Positions 15,850-25,116 of a stretch of 40,726 nucleotides of DNA are shown here, in pieces. This DNA is from a virus (Duplodnaviria > Heunggongvirae > Uroviricota > Caudoviricetes). The stretch's first letter is position 1. The number at the start of each line of letters is the position of its first letter. The stretch is taken from IMG/VR virus record IMGVR_UViG_3300031952_000006; one strand, given 5' to 3'. Both the position numbers and the translations under genes were made by a program. The notes beneath the pieces are model-generated. The model was not told the DNA's origin. It made no database searches and saw only the letters and a list, made by a program, of their open reading frames with translations.

Positions 15850-16566
15850 ATGGGATTTAGAACTCCTTTTCTTCCTGACAACCAACCAGGTGACTTAGTT
15901 GATTTTGGTTTTTACAAGGTACAAAGACACGCCAAGTCTTCTGTAGTAGGTATGCTCAGAAACTTTTTTGATTCCATTAACACTACATACAAAATTCAAA
16001 TTCCAGATATATACGAAGTTCAAAATAGCACAGATGTCCAAAAAATATTTGTAGAACGAGATTTTCCCTACAAAGAACGAAAAATTCCTATTATTCTTGT
16101 TACTATTAAAGGAGCCACTGAAAGAAAATTATATATTGGTGCTGATAATACATCAGGGATGCAAGTCATAGAAACTTCTGCTGGAGTTACTGTTGCATCT
16201 GATATATATCACGGCGCTGCTGATATAATGATGTCCTTAATCGTAGTTTGTCAATCTCCTGAGCATAGGATGAAGTTTGCTGAATTGATTAATATGTGTT
16301 TTACCCATTATTATCGTTGGCAATATTTCTATACACTTGGAGATGGAAATACCTTTTCAATAGTACCAAATACGCAACCGTTGGAATTTGGTACAGAATC
16401 TGAAGCTACTGATGTATCGCCAGATAGCCTTCTTTATATTATTGATATTTCTATGAAGTGTTTTATTGAGTATACCTTCACAGATTCTGTAAATTTGCAT
16501 GGAATTCTTGAAGATATAACCTTCGATCCTACAAACGGCCCTACCCAGCACGACGGAAAATTCTAG
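15850..16566 (+). CDS. Putative tail terminator/completion protein
   Basis: Immediately upstream of the sheath gene; alpha/beta pattern (ERDFPYKERKIPIILV...MSLIVVC.SPEHR) fits the terminator fold. Mainly positional. Confidence 0.5.
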   Translation: MGFRTPFLPDNQPGDLVDFGFYKVQRHAKSSVVGMLRNFFDSINTTYKIQIPDIYEVQNSTDVQKIFVERDFPYKERKIPIILVTIKGATERKLYIGADNTSGMQVIETSAGVTVASDIYHGAADIMMSLIVVCQSPEHRMKFAELINMCFTHYYRWQYFYTLGDGNTFSIVPNTQPLEFGTESEATDVSPDSLLYIIDISMKCFIEYTFTDSVNLHGILEDITFDPTNGPTQHDGKF

Positions 16567-16681
16567 TAAAAGAACAGCTAAAATTATAAATTTTTTGGAT
16601 TTAACAGGCTTAAAATCCAATTGGCTATTCATATCTTTACCAATTAGTACACCACCAAGAAATTTGTAAGGAGCTGCAACT

Positions 16682-18073
16682 ATGGCTGGATTAGGATATC
16701 GCTTACCAGGGACTAGAATCGAGGAGCAGACCCTCCCGCAATCAGTTAATATATCGTCTTCACAACGAATACCCTGTTTCATAGGCATTGCCAGTGACTA
16801 TATAAAAGTTACATATGAACAAGTTATTCGAAGTTCTACTGGATTAGCCGACAATTTATTGTACACTTCGGCGGGAATTCATGAAATTACGCAAGTTGGG
16901 TCTCAAAAAGGTTTGAATGACTATGTTCAAGGAACTCATTTTAATCTTGTAAATAATCAAATCGTCTGGGTATCAGCTGGAATTGTTACAATAGGAGCAA
17001 CTTACTTTGTAACATATTCCTATGACCGTCCATATGATCCAATTGATATTACTGATGTGACTAAAAATGATTATCGTTACAAAGAATTTACGAATTTTGA
17101 AGATGTTGTGACTGATCTAGGAGATGACATTCCTGAACACCCGCTTGTTATGATAGCTAAAATAGCTCTTCGGTATTACAATGTTCCGATGATAGCAACC
17201 GTACAAGTTCGGACCGGATCGTCCTCAGATTATGCAGTTGCGCTTGAGCTTATAAAATACCGTGACGTTCAAACAATTGTACCCCTTACTACGAATTCTA
17301 CAGTAAGAACATTAGTTATTAGTCATGTGACTGAAAGAAGTTTACCTGATAATATGAGAATGAGGATGGCTTGGTTTGGAACAGCAGCAGGAACTCCGAT
17401 AGGTTCTGAGTCAGATCCGACGTCTATTCGGGGAATAGCTGCGAGTGTTAAAAATGAATTGTGTATGGTTGTCAATGCAACACGAGCTAAATATTATTAC
17501 AATGATCCTGTTACAAAAGAAGAGCTGTATACAGTAGTCGATGGGTCGTTTATAGCAGCCGCACTTGCCGCATATCGTGATTCCTTCGTGTACCCATCGA
17601 CTACTTTACTCAATAGAACTGTAGCCGGTCTTGAATTATTCGATGAAGATTATGATGATTACTATTCAGAGTATCAGCTTACTTTGGCTGGTGGAAGTAG
17701 TGTATTTCTTGTTGAGTCTCTTGGTGGAGTAATGCGTGTTGTTGACGATTTAACAACTGATAATTCAACTGTTGAACGTAACAATATCAATGTTATCACT
17801 GCCAAGCACTACATTGCTAAAGATGTTGCTATTCAAATGAATAGAACCTTTAAGGGAAGACTTATTACAGATGCTGGAAGTTATACTAATACAGTATCTT
17901 CCTATCTATCGTCGATGTTTGCGGCTTATAAAAAAGCTTCTGTTATTGAAAGTATAGGAACCATAAAAGTAAATATAAGCCCAGAAAGACGTGATACCAT
18001 AGAGATACATTATGAGTATACAGCGGTGTACACGAATAAGTATATAGAAGGAACTTACTCACTTCTCGTGTAA
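16682..18073 (+). CDS. Contractile tail sheath protein
   Basis: N-terminal Y.LPGT.IEE and PCFIG. C-terminal RVVDDLTT..INVI...YIAKDV...FKG and final DTIEIHYEY...KYIEGTY strands. SD aaggag; followed by tube/chaperone/TMP genes. Confidence 0.8.
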   Translation: MAGLGYRLPGTRIEEQTLPQSVNISSSQRIPCFIGIASDYIKVTYEQVIRSSTGLADNLLYTSAGIHEITQVGSQKGLNDYVQGTHFNLVNNQIVWVSAGIVTIGATYFVTYSYDRPYDPIDITDVTKNDYRYKEFTNFEDVVTDLGDDIPEHPLVMIAKIALRYYNVPMIATVQVRTGSSSDYAVALELIKYRDVQTIVPLTTNSTVRTLVISHVTERSLPDNMRMRMAWFGTAAGTPIGSESDPTSIRGIAASVKNELCMVVNATRAKYYYNDPVTKEELYTVVDGSFIAAALAAYRDSFVYPSTTLLNRTVAGLELFDEDYDDYYSEYQLTLAGGSSVFLVESLGGVMRVVDDLTTDNSTVERNNINVITAKHYIAKDVAIQMNRTFKGRLITDAGSYTNTVSSYLSSMFAAYKKASVIESIGTIKVNISPERRDTIEIHYEYTAVYTNKYIEGTYSLLV

Positions 18074-18088
18074 ATTCATAAAAAATAC

Positions 18089-18117
18089 TTGACTGTATCG
18101 TTGAAAAACCTTATATT
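18089..18117 (+). promoter_or_regulatory. sigma70-type promoter for the endonuclease gene
   Basis: TTGACT (18089-18094), 17-nt spacer, TATATT (18112-18117). Confidence 0.6.
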
Positions 18118-18134
18118 ATATATAAGGTTTTTTT
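18104..18134 (+). terminator. AT-rich hairpin plus T-tract overlapping the -10 box
   Basis: Perfect 13-bp IR aaaaaccttatat-tat-atataaggttttt continuing into a T-run. Confidence 0.5.
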
Positions 18135-18143
18135 ATTTTACAG

Positions 18144-19976
18144 ATGAGAGTAAATTATATGAAAGAAAAAATGTGTAGGCATTGTGGCACAAAGGAAAAT
18201 CTACGAACTAATAAGAATGGTGTCGTTTATAACTGCTGCAAACATTGCTATGAAACTATTGAAGTGCCCGATCAAATTAGAAAAGCGAATGAGAGTATTG
18301 TTGCGAAGTATGGTGTTTCTGATTTAGGAGAGCTTCGACAAAAAAGATCAAAGGATAATCCTCCAAAACAAAAGGAGAAAAAAATCGTAACATGCAAGTA
18401 TTGTGGAACAACAGAAAATCTTGTTGTAACAACAACTAAAAAGAGAACTATTTCTTTTCATACCTGTAAAGAACACTGGGAGCAGTATCAAAAAGATAAG
18501 TATGAAGTAAGAAAAAAATCTAACAAAGAAAAATTTGGAGTTGAGCAGCCTCTACAGAATAATGACATTAAAAGTAAATTCAAACAAACTATAAATAGTA
18601 AGTCTCTTGTAGAAAAAGAGAGCATTAATAAAAAAAGAGAACAAACTAATTTAGATAAGTTTGGAGTGACAAATCCCAATAAGTTAAAAGAATTTGCAGA
18701 TAAAAGAAAAAACACCCTATTAGAAAAATACAGTGTATCGAATCCTATGGAATCCGCTGAATTTAAAGAAAGGCAGAAAAAGACATTATTAAAAAATTTT
18801 GGAGTAGATAATCCTCTCAAATCTAAAGAGATAAGGGATAGAGTAAAAAAGACTAATTTAGAAAAAAGAGGAGTAGAGTACCCATCACAATCTTTAGAAG
18901 TTCAAAATAAAGTTAGAAAAGCAAAAAGAATTGTGTATTGGGACATATTTGTAATTCTTCTTAAACAAAAGAATACCCTACCTTTGTTTACAAAAGAAGA
19001 ATACATTGATGCTACCGGCGAGCTTACATATAAATGTTTAAAATGTAACTCTGTTTTTAAATCAGAAGGAACAGCTCCACAAAGAATTACCTGCTCTTGC
19101 TATCATAGAAAGTCTTTGTATGAGTATGAAATAGAAGATTGGCTTAGATCTTTAAATATAGAAAATATAAAACCAAACGAAAGACTTTTCGAAAAAGGAG
19201 AAGGTAATTTTGAAATAGATGTGTACTTACCAAACTATAATCTAGGCATAGATTTCAATGGTCTTTACTGGCATTCCAATGTATATCAAAGAAGCACGTA
19301 TCATAGAGAAAAATATATATTCTTTAAAAAGAAGAACATATCCTTTATTCAAATTTTTGAAAGTGACTGGTTGTCTAATAAGGATGTAGTGAAATCTATT
19401 ATTCTAAATAAACTCAGCTCCTCTGAAAAAATACAAGCAAGAAAATGTACCGTATCCGACGTTCCTGAAAAAGATTATATGCGCTTTTTGTCAGAGCACC
19501 ATCTACAGGGGTATGCCTCAGCAAGCATAAAGCTGGGATTATTTTTTAATAATGAATTAGTGTTTGTTATGTCGTTCGGAAAACCTCGTTTTAGTGAAAA
19601 GAAAGGATTTGAAATCATTAGATCCTGTTCTAAAAAAGGATACCTAATAATAGGTGGGTTTGATAAATTACTTTCTTATTTTGAAAATACCTATGCGCCA
19701 GAAAAATTAATCAGTTTTATAGATATTCGATACTTTAATGGAAATTCTTATAAGGCATCTGGATTTATTTTAGAACACCATACTGATCCAAACTACTATT
19801 ACTTTGATCCAAAAAACCCAACAGCCCTATTTAGTAGAATAGCCTTCCAAAAGCATAAACTCGCTGGAAAACTCAAAGTGTTTGATCCCGCTCTTTCTGA
19901 ATCTGAGAATATGTATCTCAATGGGTATCTAAAAATATATGATGCTGGAAACCTAAAGATGGTTAAAAACTATTAA
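18144..19976 (+). CDS. Free-standing Hef-like homing endonuclease (duplicated Cys motifs, K.TNLEKYGV.NP repeats, PD-(D/E)XK-like core, GNAT-like C-terminus)
   Basis: CRHCGTKENL/CKYCGTTENL; about 6 repeats such as KKTNLEKRGVEYPSQS; FEIDVYLPNYNLGIDFNGLYWHS; ARKCTV...HHLQG...IYDAGNL. Confidence 0.75.
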   Translation: MRVNYMKEKMCRHCGTKENLRTNKNGVVYNCCKHCYETIEVPDQIRKANESIVAKYGVSDLGELRQKRSKDNPPKQKEKKIVTCKYCGTTENLVVTTTKKRTISFHTCKEHWEQYQKDKYEVRKKSNKEKFGVEQPLQNNDIKSKFKQTINSKSLVEKESINKKREQTNLDKFGVTNPNKLKEFADKRKNTLLEKYSVSNPMESAEFKERQKKTLLKNFGVDNPLKSKEIRDRVKKTNLEKRGVEYPSQSLEVQNKVRKAKRIVYWDIFVILLKQKNTLPLFTKEEYIDATGELTYKCLKCNSVFKSEGTAPQRITCSCYHRKSLYEYEIEDWLRSLNIENIKPNERLFEKGEGNFEIDVYLPNYNLGIDFNGLYWHSNVYQRSTYHREKYIFFKKKNISFIQIFESDWLSNKDVVKSIILNKLSSSEKIQARKCTVSDVPEKDYMRFLSEHHLQGYASASIKLGLFFNNELVFVMSFGKPRFSEKKGFEIIRSCSKKGYLIIGGFDKLLSYFENTYAPEKLISFIDIRYFNGNSYKASGFILEHHTDPNYYYFDPKNPTALFSRIAFQKHKLAGKLKVFDPALSESENMYLNGYLKIYDAGNLKMVKNY

Positions 19977-20202
19977 ACTGCCTTAAAAAAGTCTGCTTCC
20001 TTTGTAAACTTAGTCTTTGTTCACTTCTTGTGTAGTTTTTGTCTGCTTTGTGCCTATATAAAAGTCTTAATATTAACCCCCTGTATGATATTATACAGGG
20101 GTTTTATTTTGATTTTTCTTGCCAAAATGACTTAAAAAAATCTGTCATCTTTGTAAATTTACCTTTTGAAACGTCTTATAGATTCTTATTAGGAGACACA
20201 CC

Positions 20203-20892
20203 ATGGGTCAATATACCGTAGAAGGGAGAAGGTTACTCCCGCTTCATAATGTCAATGAGAATGCCCGCGCACCGCACAGCACTATACAATCTATTACAAT
20301 GGGTATTCGTATTGGTGATCAAAAATATGCAATAGGATACATACATAAATTCACGTTCGATATGAAACGAGATAATAAAACTATATATCAAGTTGAACCA
20401 TATCCCGATGTACTCGGAGATGATACTGGTGCAGCAGGTATCACCTCGAGATTTACAACAGCTGAGTTTAATGAAGATACATCATATTGGCCTGGTGAAC
20501 CTGTGGAAGTTATCCCTGGAAAAATGGGTGTTGTTGAAATTACCCTTGATCGGTATGCTCTTTATACAGCAAATCTCATGGCGGCAGTTCTTCGTGCAAC
20601 TGGTGGTGGTGTTTATGACAGCACATCAACTCCTCCTAATCTTCAAGAATCAGCAGATCCTGTCATAAAATATGTTAATATTTTGCAACAGGTAAGACCC
20701 TTTGATATTTATCAAATTTTCGTGTCACCTATAACTGGTTCGGTTCTGTGGGGCAGGAAATTCGGCGGGTGTTGGTTTAACTCAGTTGGTGAAAATACAC
20801 CGGAATCTGACAAGAATGAACCTGTTCTTGAGAATGGTAAAATTCAAGCTACATACATCCGACCCCTGTCTTCTTCCATCGGAAGAGCATAA
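20203..20892 (+). CDS. Tail tube protein
   Basis: IGYIHKFTFDMKRD..IYQVE...EVIPG..EITLDRYALY pattern; between sheath and chaperones; SD aggag. Confidence 0.7.
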   Translation: MGQYTVEGRRLLPLHNVNENARAPHSTIQSITMGIRIGDQKYAIGYIHKFTFDMKRDNKTIYQVEPYPDVLGDDTGAAGITSRFTTAEFNEDTSYWPGEPVEVIPGKMGVVEITLDRYALYTANLMAAVLRATGGGVYDSTSTPPNLQESADPVIKYVNILQQVRPFDIYQIFVSPITGSVLWGRKFGGCWFNSVGENTPESDKNEPVLENGKIQATYIRPLSSSIGRA

Positions 20893-20901
20893 TTTATGAC
20901 T

Positions 20902-20936
20902 TTAAAAAGCTCCTACATATTGTGGGAGCTTTTTAA
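20902..20936. terminator. Bidirectional intrinsic terminator after tail tube gene
   Basis: Perfect 12-bp IR ttaaaaagctcc ... ggagctttttaa. Confidence 0.85.
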
Positions 20937-20977
20937 CAATAAATCTTACCCCTTTTGCGTTTCATGCGGTTAGTCAT

Positions 20978-20988
20978 GCCGAAACTAT
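20978..20988 (+). promoter_or_regulatory. GCCGAAACTAT, putative promoter -10 element
   Basis: 10/11 match to GCCGATACTAT; between terminator and chaperone gene. Confidence 0.45.
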
Positions 20989-21031
20989 TTATAGCTACAT
21001 TAATTATATATGATATTAAGGAGATTACTAC

Positions 21032-21724
21032 ATGGAAAAAATGAAACCATTCAATCCCATGCCTGAAACCTTGGATGATACTAAAATCAATCCGAATGAT
21101 ATGCTTGGGCCGAACAAAGCAGATACTTTCGAACAGGAAGGTGTTTTTGGAGATCCTGATGCACGGCCAACAATAACTCGTCAAAGAGAAATTGATGACA
21201 TAGTAAGACAACGGCTAACGGAAGATGTATTAAATAAAGAAATCCTCAATGAGAAGATACGGCAAGATATCGCTGCATCAAAAACTTCACCAACACAAAA
21301 AGAAGCCAGAACTCCTCGAGAATTTTTGAAACTTCTTATTGCCAAAGGTGAGTACAAAGAAGACATCGATATTTTTGGGCAAACCTGGACAATTCGAGCG
21401 CTCAATCAAGGAGATATCATAGAAGCTTTTAATGATATAAAAGACTGGGCTTCAACAACAGAAGGAAAAATAAATACTATACTGCTGTCTCAAATTGCTT
21501 TTTCTATTGAAGCCATGAATGGAGTTTCAGTATATGAATGGTTTTCTGACGTAGTTCAACGAAGTGAATTCAGTACAACTGAAGAATATAAATTAGCTAT
21601 TCGACGAGTTCTTAGAAGATATCTGGAACAGATGTCAAACGATGTTATAAAGCAGTTTGATAATGCATATGCAATCGTAGAATCTAAAAGAAATGAGGCT
21701 CTTGCTGAACTAAAAAAATCCTAA
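21032..21724 (+). CDS. Tail assembly chaperone (lambda G-like)
   Basis: Between tube and tape measure; WTIRALNQGD..EA motif; ends in slippery A AAA AAA; SD aaggag. Confidence 0.75.
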   Translation: MEKMKPFNPMPETLDDTKINPNDMLGPNKADTFEQEGVFGDPDARPTITRQREIDDIVRQRLTEDVLNKEILNEKIRQDIAASKTSPTQKEARTPREFLKLLIAKGEYKEDIDIFGQTWTIRALNQGDIIEAFNDIKDWASTTEGKINTILLSQIAFSIEAMNGVSVYEWFSDVVQRSEFSTTEEYKLAIRRVLRRYLEQMSNDVIKQFDNAYAIVESKRNEALAELKKS

Positions 21725-21771
21725 GTCACCCCCCACGCGAATGGGAGGATTTGTCCCAGTTGGTGGGTGAC
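21712..21771 (+). promoter_or_regulatory. Programmed -1 frameshift signal (slippery A_AAA_AAA plus downstream hairpin)
   Basis: Heptamer 21712-21718 in XXXYYYZ phase; 6-nt spacer; stem gtcacccccca/tggtgggtgac (21725-21771) with inner tggga/tccca. The -1 frame is open into ORF 21751..22182. Confidence 0.8.
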
Positions 21772-22182
21772 GACTTCATGAAGTTTTATGTATGTATGCA
21801 TAATAAATGGAATCCATACTCAGACGAAGTAAAGAGTATTCCATTCGTATACTGGATACTTGCATTTAATTTTATTCAAGTTCAGCAAAACCATGATTGG
21901 AAGAATTTCATGCTTCCTCATGCTGAAATGGTGGGGCAACTTACACATCCTGAAATTTATAAAGAGTATGACAGAGAAAAGAAAAAACGAGAAGCACTTA
22001 ACAACACAAAAGAAGGAGAAGACTTCTATAAAGAAAGTGCAAGCGGTATAGAGGGCGGCGGTGTTGCTACTGTAAGATATGATCCAATTAAAGGTCTTGT
22101 AAACGCAGAAGGAACGATTATAATTCCAAAAGAACGATATGATGAAATGCTTGGTTTAGATGGAGTAGCTATTTCTTTATAA
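21718..22182 (+). CDS. Frameshift extension (T part) of the G-T tail assembly chaperone
   Basis: -1 frame reads ILSHPPREWEDLSQLVGDDFMKFY... without a stop; fusion about 383 aa. Confidence 0.7.
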   Translation: MLSHPPREWEDLSQLVGDDFMKFYVCMHNKWNPYSDEVKSIPFVYWILAFNFIQVQQNHDWKNFMLPHAEMVGQLTHPEIYKEYDREKKKREALNNTKEGEDFYKESASGIEGGGVATVRYDPIKGLVNAEGTIIIPKERYDEMLGLDGVAISL

Positions 22183-22194
22183 GAGGATACTGTT

Positions 22195-24315
22195 ATGGCG
22201 GAACCAAAAGGAATTAAAGAAGTATTTGATAATTTAATATCTGGTATGGGTAAAGGTGGAGGAGCTATGCCAGATATGAGTACAGCCTTGAGTAATATAA
22301 AAGCTATTACCTCGAGCCTGACATCTAGTACTACTGATATGGTTAAAAATCTATCCGCGCTACAAACAAGCATTCGCTCAGGAAATATAACAGGTATTGT
22401 TAAAAGTATAGATGAGCTGTCGAAAGCAATGGGCGGCTCCATAAAAAGTATTACGGGATCTATTCTTCGATTTATGGATGGTGCTATTTCTGGTCTAATA
22501 TCAACCCAAACAAAAATTCTTGCAATGACTACAAAAGGAATTACAGGGGGATTACAAGGAGCTGTCGGAACATTTGGAAATTCTATACAAGATGTAATGA
22601 ACCAAGCAGCTAAGCAGACAGGCATTCAGTCTTTCTCTGCAGTTGGAGGTATGGTAAATCAAATAATACAGACTTCTATGGCTGCATTTAGTTTATATTT
22701 TCAAGATAGGCTATCCCAACAAAAAATGAAATATCTCGCTGCATCGCAAACAGGTGGTGGTGCTGCTGGAGCAGAAAGAGGAGCTGACACTGTCTCAACA
22801 ATGAGATCTCTCTATGGAAATTTTGCGCGGGAAGAAGCAGAGCAATGGGCCAATTCTATGTTAAGACAAGGCGCTGTTGTTGAACCCGGCTTAACTGACA
22901 TGATGATACGTGTTGGAAAACAAATGCAGATTGAGCCAGGAGAGATGGGTGGTATCCTCGATAAGATGATGACTATTGCAACAAAAGGTCAAGATCCTGG
23001 TAAAATGATGTCAGATTCCTTTAGAGCTTCTATGGGTTTTGCTGATAAGTTGGGAGTATCTACACAGAAATTCCAAAAAAATATAATGGATGCTACTGCA
23101 CAAGCTCGATTTCTGAACGTTGATATGAAAACAGTCTCATCTACAATGCAAATGCTGACAAATAATCAAGAAAAGTTTCGAGCTGCTGGTGTATCTATAA
23201 GGGAAGATGGTGGTAAAATATTAGGAGAACTTACCGGAGGAAGCAAGAAATTCTCAGATGCAATGCATGTCTTCTTTGGAACAAAGGGAGGAACAGAGGG
23301 TTCTCCTATAGAAGGATTGATAAAATCTAAATTTGGAACGACGTTTGCATCCACACTGAAATCGACTGCTGGAGGAGGTTTTACTGCCAAAGAAGGTACC
23401 TCTGGTGATATGACAGCGCAAAGATTAGAGATGATGAAAAGTATGATGATGGACGCAGCAAAAGGAGCAAAATCCGATGCTGAAAGAATATACCTGCAAT
23501 CAAAAGTTGCTGAAGAAACATTTGGAATGAGTGAAGAAACCGCCCGTGTTCTGGCAATGAGTGATAAAGATAATTTAAAGAAGCTTGCAGAAAATCCAAA
23601 ATTAGCCGATCAGTTTAAATCCCAAAAAGATATTATGAGTGATTTGAAAAGTATGGCTGCTATAGATCAAGGTATTCAAAGAACAATGGCGATGATGGCA
23701 GGAGATCAAATAAAGCAATTAATTGCTACAGCAACAAATACAGCTCTTATGGCAGCAGAAGCATTAGGTGTTGATGTAGACAAAGATCTTTTGGCAGATG
23801 CAGCAAAAGCATCGCTTAAAGCTACAATGGATAGTAATGTAAAAATGTTACAATATTCTGGAAGTTTGGTTAAGAGCGTAGTAGATTCTACCGGTGGTAA
23901 GAAAAAAGGAGAACCTAGCGATACAGATAATCTGCTGGGTGCATTTAAACAGGTCTCGGCTGGGCTTGCAGGTAAGCTACAAACTGGGGGTAATATTTAC
24001 CCAGCACAAACAGGAAGAAATGTTTATTCAGTAGCAGAAGACGGAAGACCAGAATTATTTCATAGCGGAAGCGGATCAAATACTCTCTTTGCTCCTGGTG
24101 AAGCTGGTAAAATATTCAATGCCAATGAAACAATGAATACATTTCAAAAAGGATTGGGTGGCGGAGGAGGCGGTGGAGGGGGAGCTCCTACAGTAAACCG
24201 AAGTGGTGGTGGAGAAAAAACAGTATTGAATATAACTATAAATGCAGGAACTCTTGATAAAGGAAGTTTTGCAAAACTTCTTGAAACAGAAATTCTTAAT
24301 CACATATATCGATAA
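22195..24315 (+). CDS. Tape measure protein
   Basis: Ala/Gly/Met-rich helical protein after the chaperones; C-terminal GGNIY...YSVAEDGRPELF motif and terminal LNITINAG strand. Confidence 0.8.
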   Translation: MAEPKGIKEVFDNLISGMGKGGGAMPDMSTALSNIKAITSSLTSSTTDMVKNLSALQTSIRSGNITGIVKSIDELSKAMGGSIKSITGSILRFMDGAISGLISTQTKILAMTTKGITGGLQGAVGTFGNSIQDVMNQAAKQTGIQSFSAVGGMVNQIIQTSMAAFSLYFQDRLSQQKMKYLAASQTGGGAAGAERGADTVSTMRSLYGNFAREEAEQWANSMLRQGAVVEPGLTDMMIRVGKQMQIEPGEMGGILDKMMTIATKGQDPGKMMSDSFRASMGFADKLGVSTQKFQKNIMDATAQARFLNVDMKTVSSTMQMLTNNQEKFRAAGVSIREDGGKILGELTGGSKKFSDAMHVFFGTKGGTEGSPIEGLIKSKFGTTFASTLKSTAGGGFTAKEGTSGDMTAQRLEMMKSMMMDAAKGAKSDAERIYLQSKVAEETFGMSEETARVLAMSDKDNLKKLAENPKLADQFKSQKDIMSDLKSMAAIDQGIQRTMAMMAGDQIKQLIATATNTALMAAEALGVDVDKDLLADAAKASLKATMDSNVKMLQYSGSLVKSVVDSTGGKKKGEPSDTDNLLGAFKQVSAGLAGKLQTGGNIYPAQTGRNVYSVAEDGRPELFHSGSGSNTLFAPGEAGKIFNANETMNTFQKGLGGGGGGGGGAPTVNRSGGGEKTVLNITINAGTLDKGSFAKLLETEILNHIYR

Positions 24316-24326
24316 GAGGATTAGCT

Positions 24327-25115
24327 ATGGCTCCAAAAATAATAGGGGATCTTGATAAACTTTACAAAAGCGCATCATCGACAGTCAGAGCCGACATGTT
24401 TAATAACAGAGGATTTACTCCATTTCAGTTCTCCTCTCGAATGACTCAAGTAAATACATCACAGCTAGGTGGACTTATACCACAAAATATTATCAGCAAT
24501 TTGGCAAATGAACGATATGCCTGGTATGAAATGTGGGTCAATCCTCAAAAGATTGATATCTCTCGGGACTTCTTACATAAGAAAGAAAATACAGCAGGTT
24601 CCATTGTTACATTCCACTACCGACCTGATACATATAAAATGAAAGTTTCTGGAGTATGTGGGTGGATTGCTCTCAATCCTCAAAAAGATAAAGATACCCG
24701 ATCTCTTGGCTTTGTAAAACCGCAGGATATAAAAAAAGCTAAAACAATCTGGGCAGCTAATCGAATAAGGCTTGATCCTGCGTCACGAAATTCACCGCGA
24801 ATCTTTCTTGAGCGATTGCGAAACATTGCTGAAGAACCTATGTATTTTGTGGATTTGCAAGGAGTAGAGCACTACAATATAAAGTACATAAAAATTTTTA
24901 CAAAACAGTATCCTGATGGAGTTGTGTGTGAAGGCTATTACACCAATTTTTCTATTCCTGAAGACGGAGAAGATCCTCAAACAATTACATATTCGTTTGA
25001 TTTTACTGTTGAAAAAATGACATCAGTGAGCGCTTTACGAAGCATGCTTGGTATGTTTGGAACAAGTCCTACACCTGCACGAACGTCAATATCACCTCTG
25101 CCAGGAGTAATGTAG
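24327..25115 (+). CDS. Putative tail tube initiator/baseplate hub-proximal protein
   Basis: MWVNPQKIDIS...GSIVTFHY...MKVSG...FSIPEDGEDP..ITYSFDF tube-like pattern; follows TMP. Confidence 0.55.
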   Translation: MAPKIIGDLDKLYKSASSTVRADMFNNRGFTPFQFSSRMTQVNTSQLGGLIPQNIISNLANERYAWYEMWVNPQKIDISRDFLHKKENTAGSIVTFHYRPDTYKMKVSGVCGWIALNPQKDKDTRSLGFVKPQDIKKAKTIWAANRIRLDPASRNSPRIFLERLRNIAEEPMYFVDLQGVEHYNIKYIKIFTKQYPDGVVCEGYYTNFSIPEDGEDPQTITYSFDFTVEKMTSVSALRSMLGMFGTSPTPARTSISPLPGVM

Positions 25116-25116
25116 T

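Noticed and set aside
16595-16620. Hairpin ttggattt/aaatccaa upstream of sheath as a terminator
   Set aside because: AT-rich stem without a U-tract; function not supportable.
24157-24183. Poly-Gly run in tape measure as a phase-variable tract
   Set aside because: Mixed GGN codons and no long homopolymer; simple flexible linker.
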